Below, in pieces: positions 1 through 11,759 of a DNA stretch of 64,000 nt (positions are counted from its first letter, which is position 1; every line of letters begins with the position of its first letter). Under the pieces are notes generated by a model, which was not told the DNA's origin, made no database searches, and saw only the letters and a list, made by a program, of their open reading frames with translations. This DNA comes from an uncultured candidate division Zixibacteria bacterium (GTDB taxonomy: Bacteria; Zixibacteria; MSB-5A5; GN15; FEB-12): NCBI GenBank assembly GCA_963735035.1, contig CAVTJJ010000006.1:256001-320000 (forward strand), given 5' to 3'. Both the position numbers and the translations under genes were made by a program.

Positions 1-1
1 T

Positions 2-1093
2 CTCTATCGTGGTGTTTGCAGACTGGGGAACGATCTCGTCGTGATCGCGTGTGATACGGCGGCGGACGCTTCCGATGATTCAACCTGGATATATCTGGTC
101 ACTAAGACCGAACCCAATTCTTATCTGAGCATCTTCAGCGATAGTCTCGCTGGCCTTTATGTTTGGGGACCGGTGGCGGCCGATATGAATCTTGACGGCA
201 ACTATGAAATCGCGGCCTTCACGCCCACCGGTGAAGCGATTCTGATAACCGTAAATCGTAGCGGCGCTACTCCATCGTTCAGCGTTCTCAGCCATCGCGA
301 GACCGACCATATGATTTTGAGTCAACCCTCAGCGGGAGATATTGATCTCGATGGCTATCCCGAAATTGTGGTGGGTGGTCTCAATGAATTGCTGGCCTTC
401 AATGCCGACTTGATCTACAAAACCGATTTTCCGCTCATGGTCGATGACCGGTTCCCCGACGCCAATATTATTGCCTCTCCGATGATCGCGGATATAGGCT
501 CAGCGCATCGCCCGGCCGTGGTGGCCCCGTCGAGCCGTGGTAATTTCTATTCGTTCGAGCCCGGTCTGAGCTTTGGTTTCCCGCTGTCCAGCGGGGAGCA
601 AAGACAGCCTCTATCAGGCACTACGTCCGTTCTGTTTAGGGATTCCACCGGCGGCAAGCTAGGCTGGCTGGGCGGCGACGGATGGTTCTATGCGTGGGAA
701 GTCAACGCCGACTCGACCACCAACTTCTGGCCGATGAACGGCGGGGGCCCGGGCGGAACGTTTGCCCTAAACACGGGCAAGCTTCCGGACGTTACTCCCG
801 GTTCGACTGTGTTCGATGACGCCCGGTTTTACAACTACCCCAACCCGGTGCGCGGGGATGAAACCACCATCAGGTACTATCTCGGCGACGACGCCAACAG
901 CGTGACGCTCAACATTTTCGATCTGTCGGGACGGCGCGTCGCACAGCTTGAAGGCAAGACACGCGGGGGAACAGACAACGAAGTTATTTGGAATTGCAGT
1001 AGTGTAGCCACCGGCGTCTATCGTTGTGTTATCAAGGTCAATTTCGCGGGCGACAGTAAGACCGCGTTTACAGATATCGCAGTGATCAAATAA
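2..1093 (+). CDS. Secreted FG-GAP/VCBS-repeat protein with C-terminal T9SS type A/FlgD-Ig-like domain (5'-partial)
   Basis: Frame is open from the window start. DMNLDGNYEI and GDIDLDGYPEIVVG repeats; C-terminal YNYPNP...TTIRY...LNIFDLSGRRV...W...ATGVY motif. Confidence 0.8.
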   Translation, partial: LYRGVCRLGNDLVVIACDTAADASDDSTWIYLVTKTEPNSYLSIFSDSLAGLYVWGPVAADMNLDGNYEIAAFTPTGEAILITVNRSGATPSFSVLSHRETDHMILSQPSAGDIDLDGYPEIVVGGLNELLAFNADLIYKTDFPLMVDDRFPDANIIASPMIADIGSAHRPAVVAPSSRGNFYSFEPGLSFGFPLSSGEQRQPLSGTTSVLFRDSTGGKLGWLGGDGWFYAWEVNADSTTNFWPMNGGGPGGTFALNTGKLPDVTPGSTVFDDARFYNYPNPVRGDETTIRYYLGDDANSVTLNIFDLSGRRVAQLEGKTRGGTDNEVIWNCSSVATGVYRCVIKVNFAGDSKTAFTDIAVIK

Positions 1094-1104
1094 GGGATAT
1101 TGGA

Positions 1105-2073
1105 ATGAACAAGTGCTTTTTGTTGGCAGTAATGACATGTGTGGCTCTGTTGGGAGCCGTCTCCGGAGTCTCGGCAATCGAGCTGAAGCAATCGGCTCTG
1201 GAACAGGAATTTCATCAGGTCAGATTTGAAGGTGTCACTTCGGCTCTGAAGAGCTCCAGCAGCGGGTTTGCTGCGGCCGGTGAGGAAGGAATCGGTGACC
1301 CGGGGGCTTCCGATCAGACCGATAAGACTCTCAAGCCGAAATCACCGGCGAAAGCCTTCCTGTTTTCGGCCATACTCCCCGGAGCGGGTCAGTTCTACAA
1401 TGGCAATAGGATCAAGTCGGGTGTCTTTCTCGGCTTCGAAGCGGCTTCCTGGATATTGCATTTCAAGGCCAACAGCAACGGAGACAAGGCCACTACTGAT
1501 TTCCAGAACTACAACCAGGTCCACTGGTCGGCATATGCTTTTCAGGATCTGACAAGTCCGGGGGATTCGCTCACCAGGTATGGTCAGTACCTGTATTGGG
1601 CATACGGTGTGACAACAGATGATACCCTGTCTGGACTTACTCATCACCTACCCAAAACCCGTACCCAGCAGTACTATGAAATGACCGGCAAGTATGATCA
1701 ATTCGCGTGGGGTTGGGATGACGCAACGAGAGACAGCCTTAGTCTTCAGCAATATTATATCGATTCGTGTACCACCGGAAGTGATCTGAGGATCAGTACT
1801 GGAAACAGTGTCCCGATATCAGCGCATAGGATTGTATACGAAGGAAAGCGCAAGCGCGCCAATGACTATTACAGCACGGCGGATACCTGGCTGATCGTTA
1901 CTATCGCCAACCATTTGATCAGCGGTTTTGAGGCGTATATTTCGGCTAAGAAACACAATCGAAGCATAGCGGAGTCTGATCTCGAATTCTCACGTGTCGA
2001 TGTAAACGTCTCGCTAAAGTCGTATCACGCTTTTCGCGACACGCCTTATCTCAAAATGTCCTATAAATTCTGA
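1105..2073 (+). CDS. Exported DUF5683-like protein
   Basis: Signal peptide; KSPAKAFLFSAILPGAGQFYNG motif; QQYYEMTGKYDQFAWGW; C-terminal aromatic residue. Confidence 0.65.
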   Translation: MNKCFLLAVMTCVALLGAVSGVSAIELKQSALEQEFHQVRFEGVTSALKSSSSGFAAAGEEGIGDPGASDQTDKTLKPKSPAKAFLFSAILPGAGQFYNGNRIKSGVFLGFEAASWILHFKANSNGDKATTDFQNYNQVHWSAYAFQDLTSPGDSLTRYGQYLYWAYGVTTDDTLSGLTHHLPKTRTQQYYEMTGKYDQFAWGWDDATRDSLSLQQYYIDSCTTGSDLRISTGNSVPISAHRIVYEGKRKRANDYYSTADTWLIVTIANHLISGFEAYISAKKHNRSIAESDLEFSRVDVNVSLKSYHAFRDTPYLKMSYKF

Positions 2074-2088
2074 GATGGACCTGAACAC

Positions 2089-2907
2089 ATGGTGAAGCAG
2101 ATTTTGATGGTTCTCATTTTGGTCGCGGCTCTGACCGGGGTCGTTTCGGCGGTGGAGTTGGCGGACACTCCGGTGCACGAAGCAATGCGGGTAGCGATAG
2201 CCGGGGTTGACGTGCCCACTTCAAATGTCTGGGCCGACAAGAGCGGCGATGAATTCGGTGACGATCAAAAGATCGGGAAACCGGCAGATAAGATGGCGAC
2301 TGAAGGAAAAGGCGGAAAGTCAGTTTTGAAAGCCGGCCTGTTGTCAGCCCTTGTCCCCGGTGGCGGCCAGTACTATCTGGGTCGCCGACGCACCGCCAAA
2401 TTCTTTTTTGCCGCGGAAGCGGCTACCTGGGTGGCGTACGTCTCCTTCCACACTTATGGAAATTGGAAGAAGGCCGATTACATAGGATACGCCGCCGAGC
2501 ACGCTCACGCGCAGTTGGCCGGCAAGAGCGAGAACTTCCTCAACTGGGTCGGCTTTTACGACAACCTCCGGGAGTTCAATACCATGGGGCGGGTTTCTGA
2601 CCCGGATCGCCCCTATCTCGAAAACACTCCGACGAATCACTGGGAATGGCAATCCGAGAGTGAACGCCGGATGTACCGCGACTTGAGAAACGGCAGCAAA
2701 GAATCGTATCGTCGCGCTGATTTCATGATCGTCGCTGCGGTGGTTGACCGGATTATTTCGATTGTCGATGCGGTTCGCAGCGCCTCACGCATGAGCCGGG
2801 AGATTGAAGGAGACGAGTTCTCAATGCAGTCGAACCGTCGGTTCAAATTTGCGGTCGATCCGCTTGCTTCGCGGCAGGTATGTCTTACAGTTTATCCCGG
2901 CTTCTGA
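2089..2907 (+). CDS. Exported DUF5683-like protein (paralog of the upstream gene)
   Basis: Signal peptide; KSVLKAGLLSALVPGGGQYYLG motif. Confidence 0.65.
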   Translation: MVKQILMVLILVAALTGVVSAVELADTPVHEAMRVAIAGVDVPTSNVWADKSGDEFGDDQKIGKPADKMATEGKGGKSVLKAGLLSALVPGGGQYYLGRRRTAKFFFAAEAATWVAYVSFHTYGNWKKADYIGYAAEHAHAQLAGKSENFLNWVGFYDNLREFNTMGRVSDPDRPYLENTPTNHWEWQSESERRMYRDLRNGSKESYRRADFMIVAAVVDRIISIVDAVRSASRMSREIEGDEFSMQSNRRFKFAVDPLASRQVCLTVYPGF

Positions 2908-3875
2908 GTCTCGCCGCAGGGTTCGTCCCGATCGCGGCCGTCTTGATGGCGGTGGCGGGATGCGGCGGCCCGGCTGCCGTTAGAACCGAGTCTGTTTCAG
3001 ACACTCCTCCGACCGAACTCCTTCTCGAAAGAACTATCTCAGGGACAGTACTCGGACGTCCCATGGGACGTTTGACTTCGCTGGCCGTCAGTGATCGAGG
3101 ATCGATCTACCTTCTGGACGCCGACAATAATCGTGTCATCTGGTTCGGGCGAGACCTGCTTCCGCTGAGAGATTATTCGGGCCGGGGTGACATTGCCGCC
3201 ACTTTCAGTGACCCCCGTTCCATTACCGTTGATGCCGACAACAATGTCTGGATCAGCGACTTTGGTCACCGACGATTGATCCGAACCAACGACCGCCTGG
3301 AATTGACCGGGGAGATAGACTGCCGAAACGACACGGCTTTTGGGGGCATAGGGCGTCCGGGATGTATGGCCGTCACCGGTTTTGGCGATATCTGGGTCGT
3401 TGACGTTGACAACCAGCGGATCGTCGTTCTGGATGCAGTCGGCAACGCCGCCCAGACGGTCGGCGATTTTGGGCATCCGGGCGGCAAACTGGACCATCCG
3501 TCCAAATTGTTATGCGGGCCGGACGACCATGTCTGGGTATGCGATCAAGGGAACCGCCGGGTGATGGAATACGATGGTGAGGGTGGAGTGGTTCGTGAGA
3601 TCGGTATAGGGATCCTTGAGAGTCCCATCGCAGTGGCGTTGGATAGCCGCCGCCGGGTCTGGGTGCTCGAATCAGAGAGCGGAAAGATTCATTGTTTTGA
3701 CCACGAGGGCCGTTACCTGTCCACAATTGGTCCGGTCATATCCGGCTCTGACAAGCCGCTTCTGAAACCTTCTGATATAGCGTTCATGCCCGATGACCGG
3801 CTCGTCATCATTGACTCATACGGCCGTCTCCTGGTTTGTCGTCCTAGTTCGACCGCGTCTGTTTCAGGTCCCTAA
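2880..3875 (+). CDS. NHL-repeat beta-propeller lipoprotein
   Basis: Lipobox VAGC; repeated P..I.V....VW(I/V).D....R NHL units. Confidence 0.8.
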   Translation: MSYSLSRLLSLAAGFVPIAAVLMAVAGCGGPAAVRTESVSDTPPTELLLERTISGTVLGRPMGRLTSLAVSDRGSIYLLDADNNRVIWFGRDLLPLRDYSGRGDIAATFSDPRSITVDADNNVWISDFGHRRLIRTNDRLELTGEIDCRNDTAFGGIGRPGCMAVTGFGDIWVVDVDNQRIVVLDAVGNAAQTVGDFGHPGGKLDHPSKLLCGPDDHVWVCDQGNRRVMEYDGEGGVVREIGIGILESPIAVALDSRRRVWVLESESGKIHCFDHEGRYLSTIGPVISGSDKPLLKPSDIAFMPDDRLVIIDSYGRLLVCRPSSTASVSGP

Positions 3876-3895
3876 ATCGATTCAGCGGTTCAAAG

Positions 3896-3924
3896 TTGAC
3901 ACTCGAGGGAAGGGGTTCTATAGT
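3896..3924 (+). promoter_or_regulatory. Sigma70-type promoter directly upstream of the start codon (leaderless-type)
   Basis: TTGACA-17 nt-TATAGT, 5 nt before the GTG at 3930; no Shine-Dalgarno. Confidence 0.7.
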
Positions 3925-3929
3925 CGCAT

Positions 3930-4775
3930 GTGCAGCGATTCATTGACTGGCTGCGCTTGATCCGACTGGTCAACTGCCTGCTTGCTTCGGTGGGAGTCTG
4001 GATCGGCGCGTATCTGACCTGGAACAGCCCTGAATACTACGGCCCCGTGGTAGTGTCTCTCTCGGCCTTCTTGATCTGTGCGGCCGGGAATGTTCTTAAC
4101 GATCTGGTCGATATCCGGGTTGACGCGATCAACCGGCCGGAACGAGTACTGGTGACCGGACGAATTTCGCCACAGGCCGCCCGCAACGCCGCCATAGCTT
4201 TGGACCTAATCGCTGTCTTGATGAGTGCGGCTGTTTCATGGCCTGCTCTAGCGCTTGGCCTTGTCACGGTCGGAATTCTGACCGCCTACAATTTGAAGCT
4301 CAAGCGGGTACCCGTGTCAGGCAATGTGGCCGTGGCCTTGTCGGCCGGTTTGACTTTTATCGCCGGAGGTTTGGCCGTCGATCCCGTCCTTGCTTTTCGG
4401 CTCCCGGGGCCGCTGATAGGGGCTTTATTCGCTTTCTTCTTTCATCTCGTCCGCGAAATTGTCAAAGACGTCCAAGATATGGAAGGGGATGGGGCGGCCG
4501 GGCTCCGGTCGCTGCCACTGGTCGCCGGAGTACCTGTCGCAATGATGACCGCATTGGGGCTCTTTACGGCCATGGTTGTTCTGACTTTTGTACCGCTCTG
4601 GTTGCACTGGTTTGGCCGACCTTACGAAATTATCACCGTCTATGTTGTTGACCTGCCGCTATTGTTACTGCTGATTGGGTCTGGGCGGCATCCCAGTCCC
4701 CGGATGCTAAGAGTCGTTTCCGGAGCGCTCAAAATCGGCATGGCCCTGGGGTTATTGGCTTTGTTGCTCGGTTAA
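3930..4775 (+). CDS. UbiA-family prenyltransferase (DGGGP synthase-like)
   Basis: NDLVDIRVDAINRPERVL and REIVKDVQDMEGD aspartate-rich motifs; multiple TM helices. Confidence 0.85.
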   Translation: MQRFIDWLRLIRLVNCLLASVGVWIGAYLTWNSPEYYGPVVVSLSAFLICAAGNVLNDLVDIRVDAINRPERVLVTGRISPQAARNAAIALDLIAVLMSAAVSWPALALGLVTVGILTAYNLKLKRVPVSGNVAVALSAGLTFIAGGLAVDPVLAFRLPGPLIGALFAFFFHLVREIVKDVQDMEGDGAAGLRSLPLVAGVPVAMMTALGLFTAMVVLTFVPLWLHWFGRPYEIITVYVVDLPLLLLLIGSGRHPSPRMLRVVSGALKIGMALGLLALLLG

Positions 4776-4901
4776 CACATTTTAACGAAACCTGTACCCA
4801 AAGTGTCAGTATAACTCCGATAAGCCGCATGTTGTGTCTGATCTAACTAAGAACTTGACAAACAGTTAACAGATTTTTACCAACACAGGCTGAGCTTCGG
4901 A

Positions 4902-5798
4902 ATGTTTGAGCAACTGGGCCTTATGAATCTACTGCGAACGGCAAGAACACTGGTTCTTACGGGCACTTTGATATTGGTCTTGTCACCCCTGGGACGGGCT
5001 GCTATTTCGGTATCCCAGTCGGTCGATCGCACCGATATGGCGTTTGCTGATACAGCCAATTTCAGGATTACCGTGACCTGGGACGGTCCCGCGTACGCCT
5101 ACCGGTTCGACAAGGCCTTCCGTCTGCAGTCGGATAGGTTGAAGGTCGCCCGGTTCTCGTCCTCGGTGCGTTCTACCGGCGTCGGGCCGAGTGAAATTAC
5201 CACCAAGATATTCGACTATCAGTTGACCCCGGCTCTATCCGGAGCGGCGACGGTCCAGCCTCTTATAATTGACTATACAACCTACCCGGATTCTACGACC
5301 GGCCAGCTCCAGACCGATGCGGTCACCATTTCGGTGGCCGAGCCGAAACCCTCGAAATCTCTGGACAAGGGCGGTTTCAGCGGCGGCTTGATCGCTCTGG
5401 TAGTCGTCTTTGCTCTCGGCCTGGCGGTTGGTCTCTATGCCATCTTCAAGCCCAAGGCGAAGAAAGAAATCATCAAGAGTCCGGTTGAGCTCATGCTTGA
5501 GAATCTGGATGCTGCTCGCAAAGACGCCGGCATGGATCTCAAGAAATTCCAGAGCGGTGTTACCCAGTGCCTAACTGGTTATATCCTGGCTCGCTACGGA
5601 ACGGACCTGACCGGCAGATCAGCCGCGCAGGCGGCCATGGAATTGGAAAGGGTCGAACCCAATCAAGCGACTCGCGAAGCTCTGGCCGGATGGCTGGCCC
5701 GCGCTGAGCGGGAGAAGTTCTCACCGTTAGCGTCGGCTCCCGGAGAAGTCTCACGACTGGAATCAGAAATTCGCGCCTTTTTCGAAAAGTTGAAATAA
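4902..5798 (+). CDS. BatD-like Ig-domain membrane protein
   Basis: Signal peptide, VSQSVDRT Ig-like start, one TM helix, helical tail (EREKFSP); directly upstream of moxR. Confidence 0.6.
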   Translation: MFEQLGLMNLLRTARTLVLTGTLILVLSPLGRAAISVSQSVDRTDMAFADTANFRITVTWDGPAYAYRFDKAFRLQSDRLKVARFSSSVRSTGVGPSEITTKIFDYQLTPALSGAATVQPLIIDYTTYPDSTTGQLQTDAVTISVAEPKPSKSLDKGGFSGGLIALVVVFALGLAVGLYAIFKPKAKKEIIKSPVELMLENLDAARKDAGMDLKKFQSGVTQCLTGYILARYGTDLTGRSAAQAAMELERVEPNQATREALAGWLARAEREKFSPLASAPGEVSRLESEIRAFFEKLK

Positions 5799-5817
5799 GC
5801 GATAGTGTGGAGGATAG

Positions 5818-6816
<999 letters not shown>

Positions 6817-6819
6817 GCC

Positions 6820-7705
6820 TTGAGCCTGATCCCGAAAGAGATACTCAAGAAGATCCGGCGGATCGAGATCACGCACCAGGCGGCTGGTGAACGATCTCTT
6901 CTCCGGCGAATACCATTCCACCTTCAAAGGTCAGGGAATGGAATTCGAGGAGGTGCGCGAGTACCAGCCCGGGCGACGATATCCGTCTGATCGACTGGAA
7001 CGTCACCGCCCGGACCGGTTTCCCGCACATCAAGAAGTTCCGCGAGGAGCGCGAACTGTCGGTGGTGCTGCTGGTCGATGCGTCTTCGTCGGGGCGGTTC
7101 GGCACGCGCGAACGATTCAAAAGCGAATCGGCCGCCGAGCTGTGCGCCCTGCTGGCGTTTTCGGCGATCAAGAACAACGACAAGGTCGGTCTGATCATCT
7201 TCACGGATCGAATCGAGAAGTTTATCCCGCCCAAGAAGGGACGCGCGCACGTGCTTCGTCTGATCCGCGAGATGCTGTATTTTCAAGCCGCAAGGGCGTG
7301 GCCACCGATATTCGGTGGCGCCTGGAGTATCTCAACCAGGTGATCAAGCGCAAGTCGGTCGTGTTTCTGATGTCGGATTTCTTCTGTCGAGGGGTTTCTC
7401 AAGCCGCTCCAGATCGCCAACAAGAAGCACGATATCGTGGCGATCAAGATCAGCGATCCGCGCGAGACCCGGTTCGAGGATGTCGGCCTGATCGAACTGG
7501 AAGACACGGAAACCGGGGAAGTGATGCTGATCGACACCGGCTCGAGCCAGTTCCGCGCGAGTTTGCCGCCCGCGCCGACGAGGACTTGCAGAACCTGAAG
7601 CGGAATTTCAAGATAATCAACACTGATTTCATTAATATCCGCACCGATGAATCGTACATCGTGCCGCTGGTCAGTTTCTTCAAGATGAGAGAGAAGCGAC
7701 ACTAA
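6820..7705 (+). CDS. DUF58 protein (several frameshifts)
   Basis: IPKEILKKIRRIEI start; GEYHSTFKGQGMEFEEVREYQPG; IDWNVTAR and LLVDASSS...AIKNNDKVGL lie in different frames. Confidence 0.85.
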
Positions 7706-8628
7706 TGAGGATGGAAATGCTGAGAAAGATCGCAATGATCGGAATTCTGGCCGCAGGCGTCTTGTCGCTGGGGACGCTCATTGTGTCCTGCGGTCAGGGT
7801 AACGCCAGCGCCCAGATTGAAACGCACAAACGTCTGGCGGGCGAACTCGATAACAACAACCTCCCGCTGGCGGCAATCGAAGAATACGAGAAGGCGCTGG
7901 CTCTCGACGGATTGAGCGACCAGGAGCGCGGCAATCTCTGCTATTTGATCGCTCGTATCTACTACGATGGCGTGAAAGACTACAAGAACGCCGCCGCGTA
8001 CTACATCAGAGCCAAAGGTTACGATCCGCAGGGTTCATACGCTACCGAAGCGTCGCGCAATCTGGTCGCGTCGCTGGAGAAGCTGGGCAATGTGATCGAT
8101 GCGCGTCGGCATCTGGATGCGAGTACCAACATTGATCACAAAGCAGCCGATGGCAATGACGTAGTAGTAGCTCGCATGGGTGGGCGGGAAATCTGGCTGT
8201 CCGAAGTGGAAGATCAGATCCGGCTCTTGCCGCCCGAGGTTCAATCACAATTGACTAATCGACAGGCCAAGCTCGAATACGTGCACCAGTACGTGGGAGT
8301 GGAGCTTCTGTATGCGGCGGCCATGCGAGAAGATTATCTGTCGAAACCGGAGATACAGAAGCAGCGAGAGCAGCTTGAAAAACGTCTGGTGGTTGACCGC
8401 TTTGTCTCGGAGAAAGTCATGCCGGGGGCTCCGGTCGATACCGCCGACCTTCGCAATTTCTATCTGGCGAATAAAGACTCGCTCTATAAGGGAGCCGCCC
8501 TTGATTCGGTGCGCACCCAGGTGTGGCGCGATTATCAGAGCCGTAAGGCCGAAAATGCGTACAATGAATACATAATGCATCTGGCCCAGGCCGAAAAAGT
8601 CGAGTTCCTTGATCAGAATGTCAGGTAA
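7705..8628 (+). CDS. TPR plus SurA/PpiC-chaperone-like lipoprotein
   Basis: Lipobox IVSC; TPR-like helices; VVARMGGREIWLSEV...ELLYAAAMRE resembles the SurA/PrsA N-domain. Confidence 0.6.
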   Translation: MRMEMLRKIAMIGILAAGVLSLGTLIVSCGQGNASAQIETHKRLAGELDNNNLPLAAIEEYEKALALDGLSDQERGNLCYLIARIYYDGVKDYKNAAAYYIRAKGYDPQGSYATEASRNLVASLEKLGNVIDARRHLDASTNIDHKAADGNDVVVARMGGREIWLSEVEDQIRLLPPEVQSQLTNRQAKLEYVHQYVGVELLYAAAMREDYLSKPEIQKQREQLEKRLVVDRFVSEKVMPGAPVDTADLRNFYLANKDSLYKGAALDSVRTQVWRDYQSRKAENAYNEYIMHLAQAEKVEFLDQNVR

Positions 8629-8637
8629 GCCAAGACG

Positions 8638-9681
8638 ATGACAACCGGACGAAACATATTAGTAGTTCTGACGCTGGTTCTTGTCGCCGTCGGTGCGAGC
8701 GCCCAGCAGCCGGTTGATACGGTTGCGTCACTGTCCGGGATCGAAGTCAATACTTCGGTCGATCGGGCCGAGTCGTATGTCGGCGATTTGATTACCTACA
8801 CGCTGACGATCAAGTACGATTCCACCTGCCAGTTGATTCCGCCGCCGCTCGGGGCGAACCTGGGTTCGTTCGACGTCAAGGACTATAAGCCGGACATTGA
8901 AACCAAGCTCGATAACGGCCGCCTTCAGAGTCAGACGATCTTCGTCCTCAGCACCTATACGACCGGCGACTATGTAATTCCGCCGCTACCGGTACTCTTC
9001 ATCATGCCGGACAGCAGTCGCAAGATTCTGATGTCGGAATCGGTGCCGATCAAGATTCTGTCGCTGCTCGATCAGGCCGGAACCGATACGCTCGATATCA
9101 AACCGCTGAAGGCGCAGTACGAATTTCCACCTGATTATACCAAGTACTATCTCTACGGTGGTCTTGGTTTGGTGCTACTGTTGCTTGCTGCTGCCGCATT
9201 AGGCTACTGGCTCTGGAAGAGACGCCGCGCCCAGGGTGCGGTTGATCTTCGCTCACCGTGGGAGATCGCTTTCGAAAAGCTGGCCTATCTACGGGTGGAG
9301 TATCTCGAAAAAGAGATAACCGACCAGTTACAGGCGAAGGAGTTCTACTTCCAGCTTACGGAAGTAGTCCGTGAATACCTGGGTCGCATCTACGAAACCG
9401 ATGTTCTTGAAATGACCACCGAGCAATTTCTCGAAGCCTTTCTCAACAAGGAATTGCCTAATGACTCTTATGAGCTGCTCAGTGGTTTCTTCAAAGAGGC
9501 TGATCAGGTCAAGTTCGCGAAGCTCCTGCCCGAGCGCACGCGAATTGAAGACGATTTCCTGACCGCGCACGATGTCGTAGAAAAGGTAAGAGCCGATTAC
9601 GAGCGCCGTCGTCTGCAAGAAGTTCATACTGGCGAGGGACAGCCTGCCCCGACGCCGACCGCAGAGGAACAGAAGGTATGA
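8638..9681 (+). CDS. BatD-like membrane protein
   Basis: TSVDRAESYVGDLITYTLTI; DIKPLK followed by a TM helix; PWEIAFEKL...VREYL...LEMTT...ADQVKFAK motif typical of Bat operons. Confidence 0.75.
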   Translation: MTTGRNILVVLTLVLVAVGASAQQPVDTVASLSGIEVNTSVDRAESYVGDLITYTLTIKYDSTCQLIPPPLGANLGSFDVKDYKPDIETKLDNGRLQSQTIFVLSTYTTGDYVIPPLPVLFIMPDSSRKILMSESVPIKILSLLDQAGTDTLDIKPLKAQYEFPPDYTKYYLYGGLGLVLLLLAAAALGYWLWKRRRAQGAVDLRSPWEIAFEKLAYLRVEYLEKEITDQLQAKEFYFQLTEVVREYLGRIYETDVLEMTTEQFLEAFLNKELPNDSYELLSGFFKEADQVKFAKLLPERTRIEDDFLTAHDVVEKVRADYERRRLQEVHTGEGQPAPTPTAEEQKV

Positions 9682-10724
9682 GCAATCTTCAGTTCTTCGG
9701 CCTTGGTATGAATCTGTTCGACGTCATTGACGTCACCATTCCGGCGTGGATAATCCTGGGCCTGGGCGTCCTCGTAGTGGCTACTATGATATGGTATTAC
9801 GCCCGGCGTCAAAGTGTGCGTTCGGCTGCGGTGAAATACTCCGACGTTAGAATTGTCAGCCGCGCCGCTCGTTCACATCGCCGCCGCTATCGCATGATCC
9901 TGCCGATTCTGCGCATTCTCGCGATTGCGCTGTTCTTCGTGGCGTTTGCTCGACCCCGCTCTGGAACCGAAGTGCGACAGATCAGTTCCAAGGGTGTGGA
10001 CATCATGCTCGCGCTGGATATTTCGTCCTCGATGCAGGCCGAAGACTTCAAACCGCACAATCGTTTGTACGTGGCCAAAGAAGAGCTCAAGAAGTTCGTC
10101 TCCAGGCGAGTAAACGATCGCATCGGCCTCGTGGTTTTCTCACGCCATTCGTTCACCCAGTGTCCGCTTACCGTCGACTATGGCGTATTGCTTCGGTTTG
10201 TCGATCAGATTGATGTCGGTGCCATCGAAGACGGCACCGCTATCGGTATGGCTATCGCTAATGGGGTAAATCGGCTCAGAGAGTCGGACGCGAAGTCAAA
10301 GATCATCATTCTTCTGACCGACGGTGAAAACAACGCCGGGGAAATTGATCCGATCACAGCGGCCGGTCTGGCATCGGCGTTCAACATCAAGATCTATACC
10401 ATCGGTGCAGGAAGACCCGGCAATGCGATGTACCCGGTGGACGATCCTCTGTTCGGAAAGCGGTATGTCTACCAGCCGACTAAGATTAACGAAGAATCTC
10501 TGCAGGAGATCGCCAAAGTGACCGGCGGCAAATATTTCCGTGCGCGCTCTGAAAAGGAACTGGAACAGGTTTACACTGATATCGACAACATGGAAAAGAC
10601 CGAAATTCAGGTATCGGCATCGATACAGTACAAAGAGCTCTTCCACTACTTTACTATTGCCGGATTGATCCTGCTGGCCCTTGAAGTTGTTCTGGCTAAT
10701 AGTGTGTTCCGAAAGTTGCCATAG
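9678..10724 (+). CDS. batA: BatA vWA-domain protein
   Basis: GVDIMLALDISSSM MIDAS motif; DRIGLVVF; GTAIGMAIANGVNRL; ILLTDGENNAG. Confidence 0.9.
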   Translation: MSNLQFFGLGMNLFDVIDVTIPAWIILGLGVLVVATMIWYYARRQSVRSAAVKYSDVRIVSRAARSHRRRYRMILPILRILAIALFFVAFARPRSGTEVRQISSKGVDIMLALDISSSMQAEDFKPHNRLYVAKEELKKFVSRRVNDRIGLVVFSRHSFTQCPLTVDYGVLLRFVDQIDVGAIEDGTAIGMAIANGVNRLRESDAKSKIIILLTDGENNAGEIDPITAAGLASAFNIKIYTIGAGRPGNAMYPVDDPLFGKRYVYQPTKINEESLQEIAKVTGGKYFRARSEKELEQVYTDIDNMEKTEIQVSASIQYKELFHYFTIAGLILLALEVVLANSVFRKLP

Positions 10725-10739
10725 GCAGGTTATTTAGTT

Positions 10740-11759
10740 ATGCGTTTTGCTGATCCGATATATTTCGCCTTGATCCTGGCCGTGTTGCTGCTGGGCGTCT
10801 ACGTCTTTTGGGCGATCAGCCGCAAGAAGAAGCTGCTGAACCTGTTTGGCGACCTGCCGTTGCTTCTCAAGAACGCGCCGTACATTTCGTTTGCGCGTCA
10901 GAGAACCAAAGCGGTGCTGGTGCTGATCGGGCTGGCTTTCGTTTGTATAGCTCTCGCGCGTCTGCAGTTCGGAACGCATCTTGAGAAGCTCGAGCGCGAA
11001 GGCATCGATGTCATCGTCGCGGTGGACCTGTCCAATTCGATGCTGGCACGCGACATGAAACCGAACCGACTGGAGAAGGCCAAGCAGGAACTGAGAAGCA
11101 TCATTGATCGCCTCAAAGGTGATCGTATTGGCCTGGTGGCGTTTGCCGGTGAAGCTTTCGTGCAATGCCCGCTGACTTTGGACTATGCGGCGGCGCGGAT
11201 GCTTCTCGGGGTCATGGATCAGAACACGGTTTCGGTGCAAGGTACCTCGTTGAGTTCGGCTATCGAAGCGGCCCAGAAGGCGTTCACTCAGCAGGAAAAG
11301 AAGCACAAGGTATTGGTCATCCTTACCGATGGCGAAGATCAGGGCGGTAATGCGGTTGATGCAGCAGTCGAAGCGCGCAAAGAAGGTATCAGGATCTACA
11401 CGGTCGGCATTGGCAATCCAGCCGGAGAGCCGATTCCGCTGTTCGACCGCCAGGGCAACCAGGTTGGGTTTAAGAAGGATCGCAACGGCGAAGTGATCGT
11501 TTCTAAGTTGGACGAGGCCACGCTCGAAAAGATCTCGCTCGAGACCGGTGGCAAATACTATAATGCGACCAGCGGCGAGCTCGAGTTGGATAAGATCTTC
11601 AACGAGATTTCCACGATGGAGAAGAAGGACCTGGAAGGGACCCTCGTAACTCGCTACGACGACCGCTACCAGTGGCCGTTGTTGCTGGCGATTGTCTTTA
11701 TTACGATGGAATTCTTCATCTCAGAGCGGAAGAAGCCTGAGGAGGCATCCGGTGAGTAA
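10740..11759 (+). CDS. batB: BatB vWA-domain protein
   Basis: MRFADP start; DLSNSMLARDMKPNRLEKAK; CPLTLDY; ILTDGED; IVSKLDE. Confidence 0.9.
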   Translation: MRFADPIYFALILAVLLLGVYVFWAISRKKKLLNLFGDLPLLLKNAPYISFARQRTKAVLVLIGLAFVCIALARLQFGTHLEKLEREGIDVIVAVDLSNSMLARDMKPNRLEKAKQELRSIIDRLKGDRIGLVAFAGEAFVQCPLTLDYAAARMLLGVMDQNTVSVQGTSLSSAIEAAQKAFTQQEKKHKVLVILTDGEDQGGNAVDAAVEARKEGIRIYTVGIGNPAGEPIPLFDRQGNQVGFKKDRNGEVIVSKLDEATLEKISLETGGKYYNATSGELELDKIFNEISTMEKKDLEGTLVTRYDDRYQWPLLLAIVFITMEFFISERKKPEEASGE

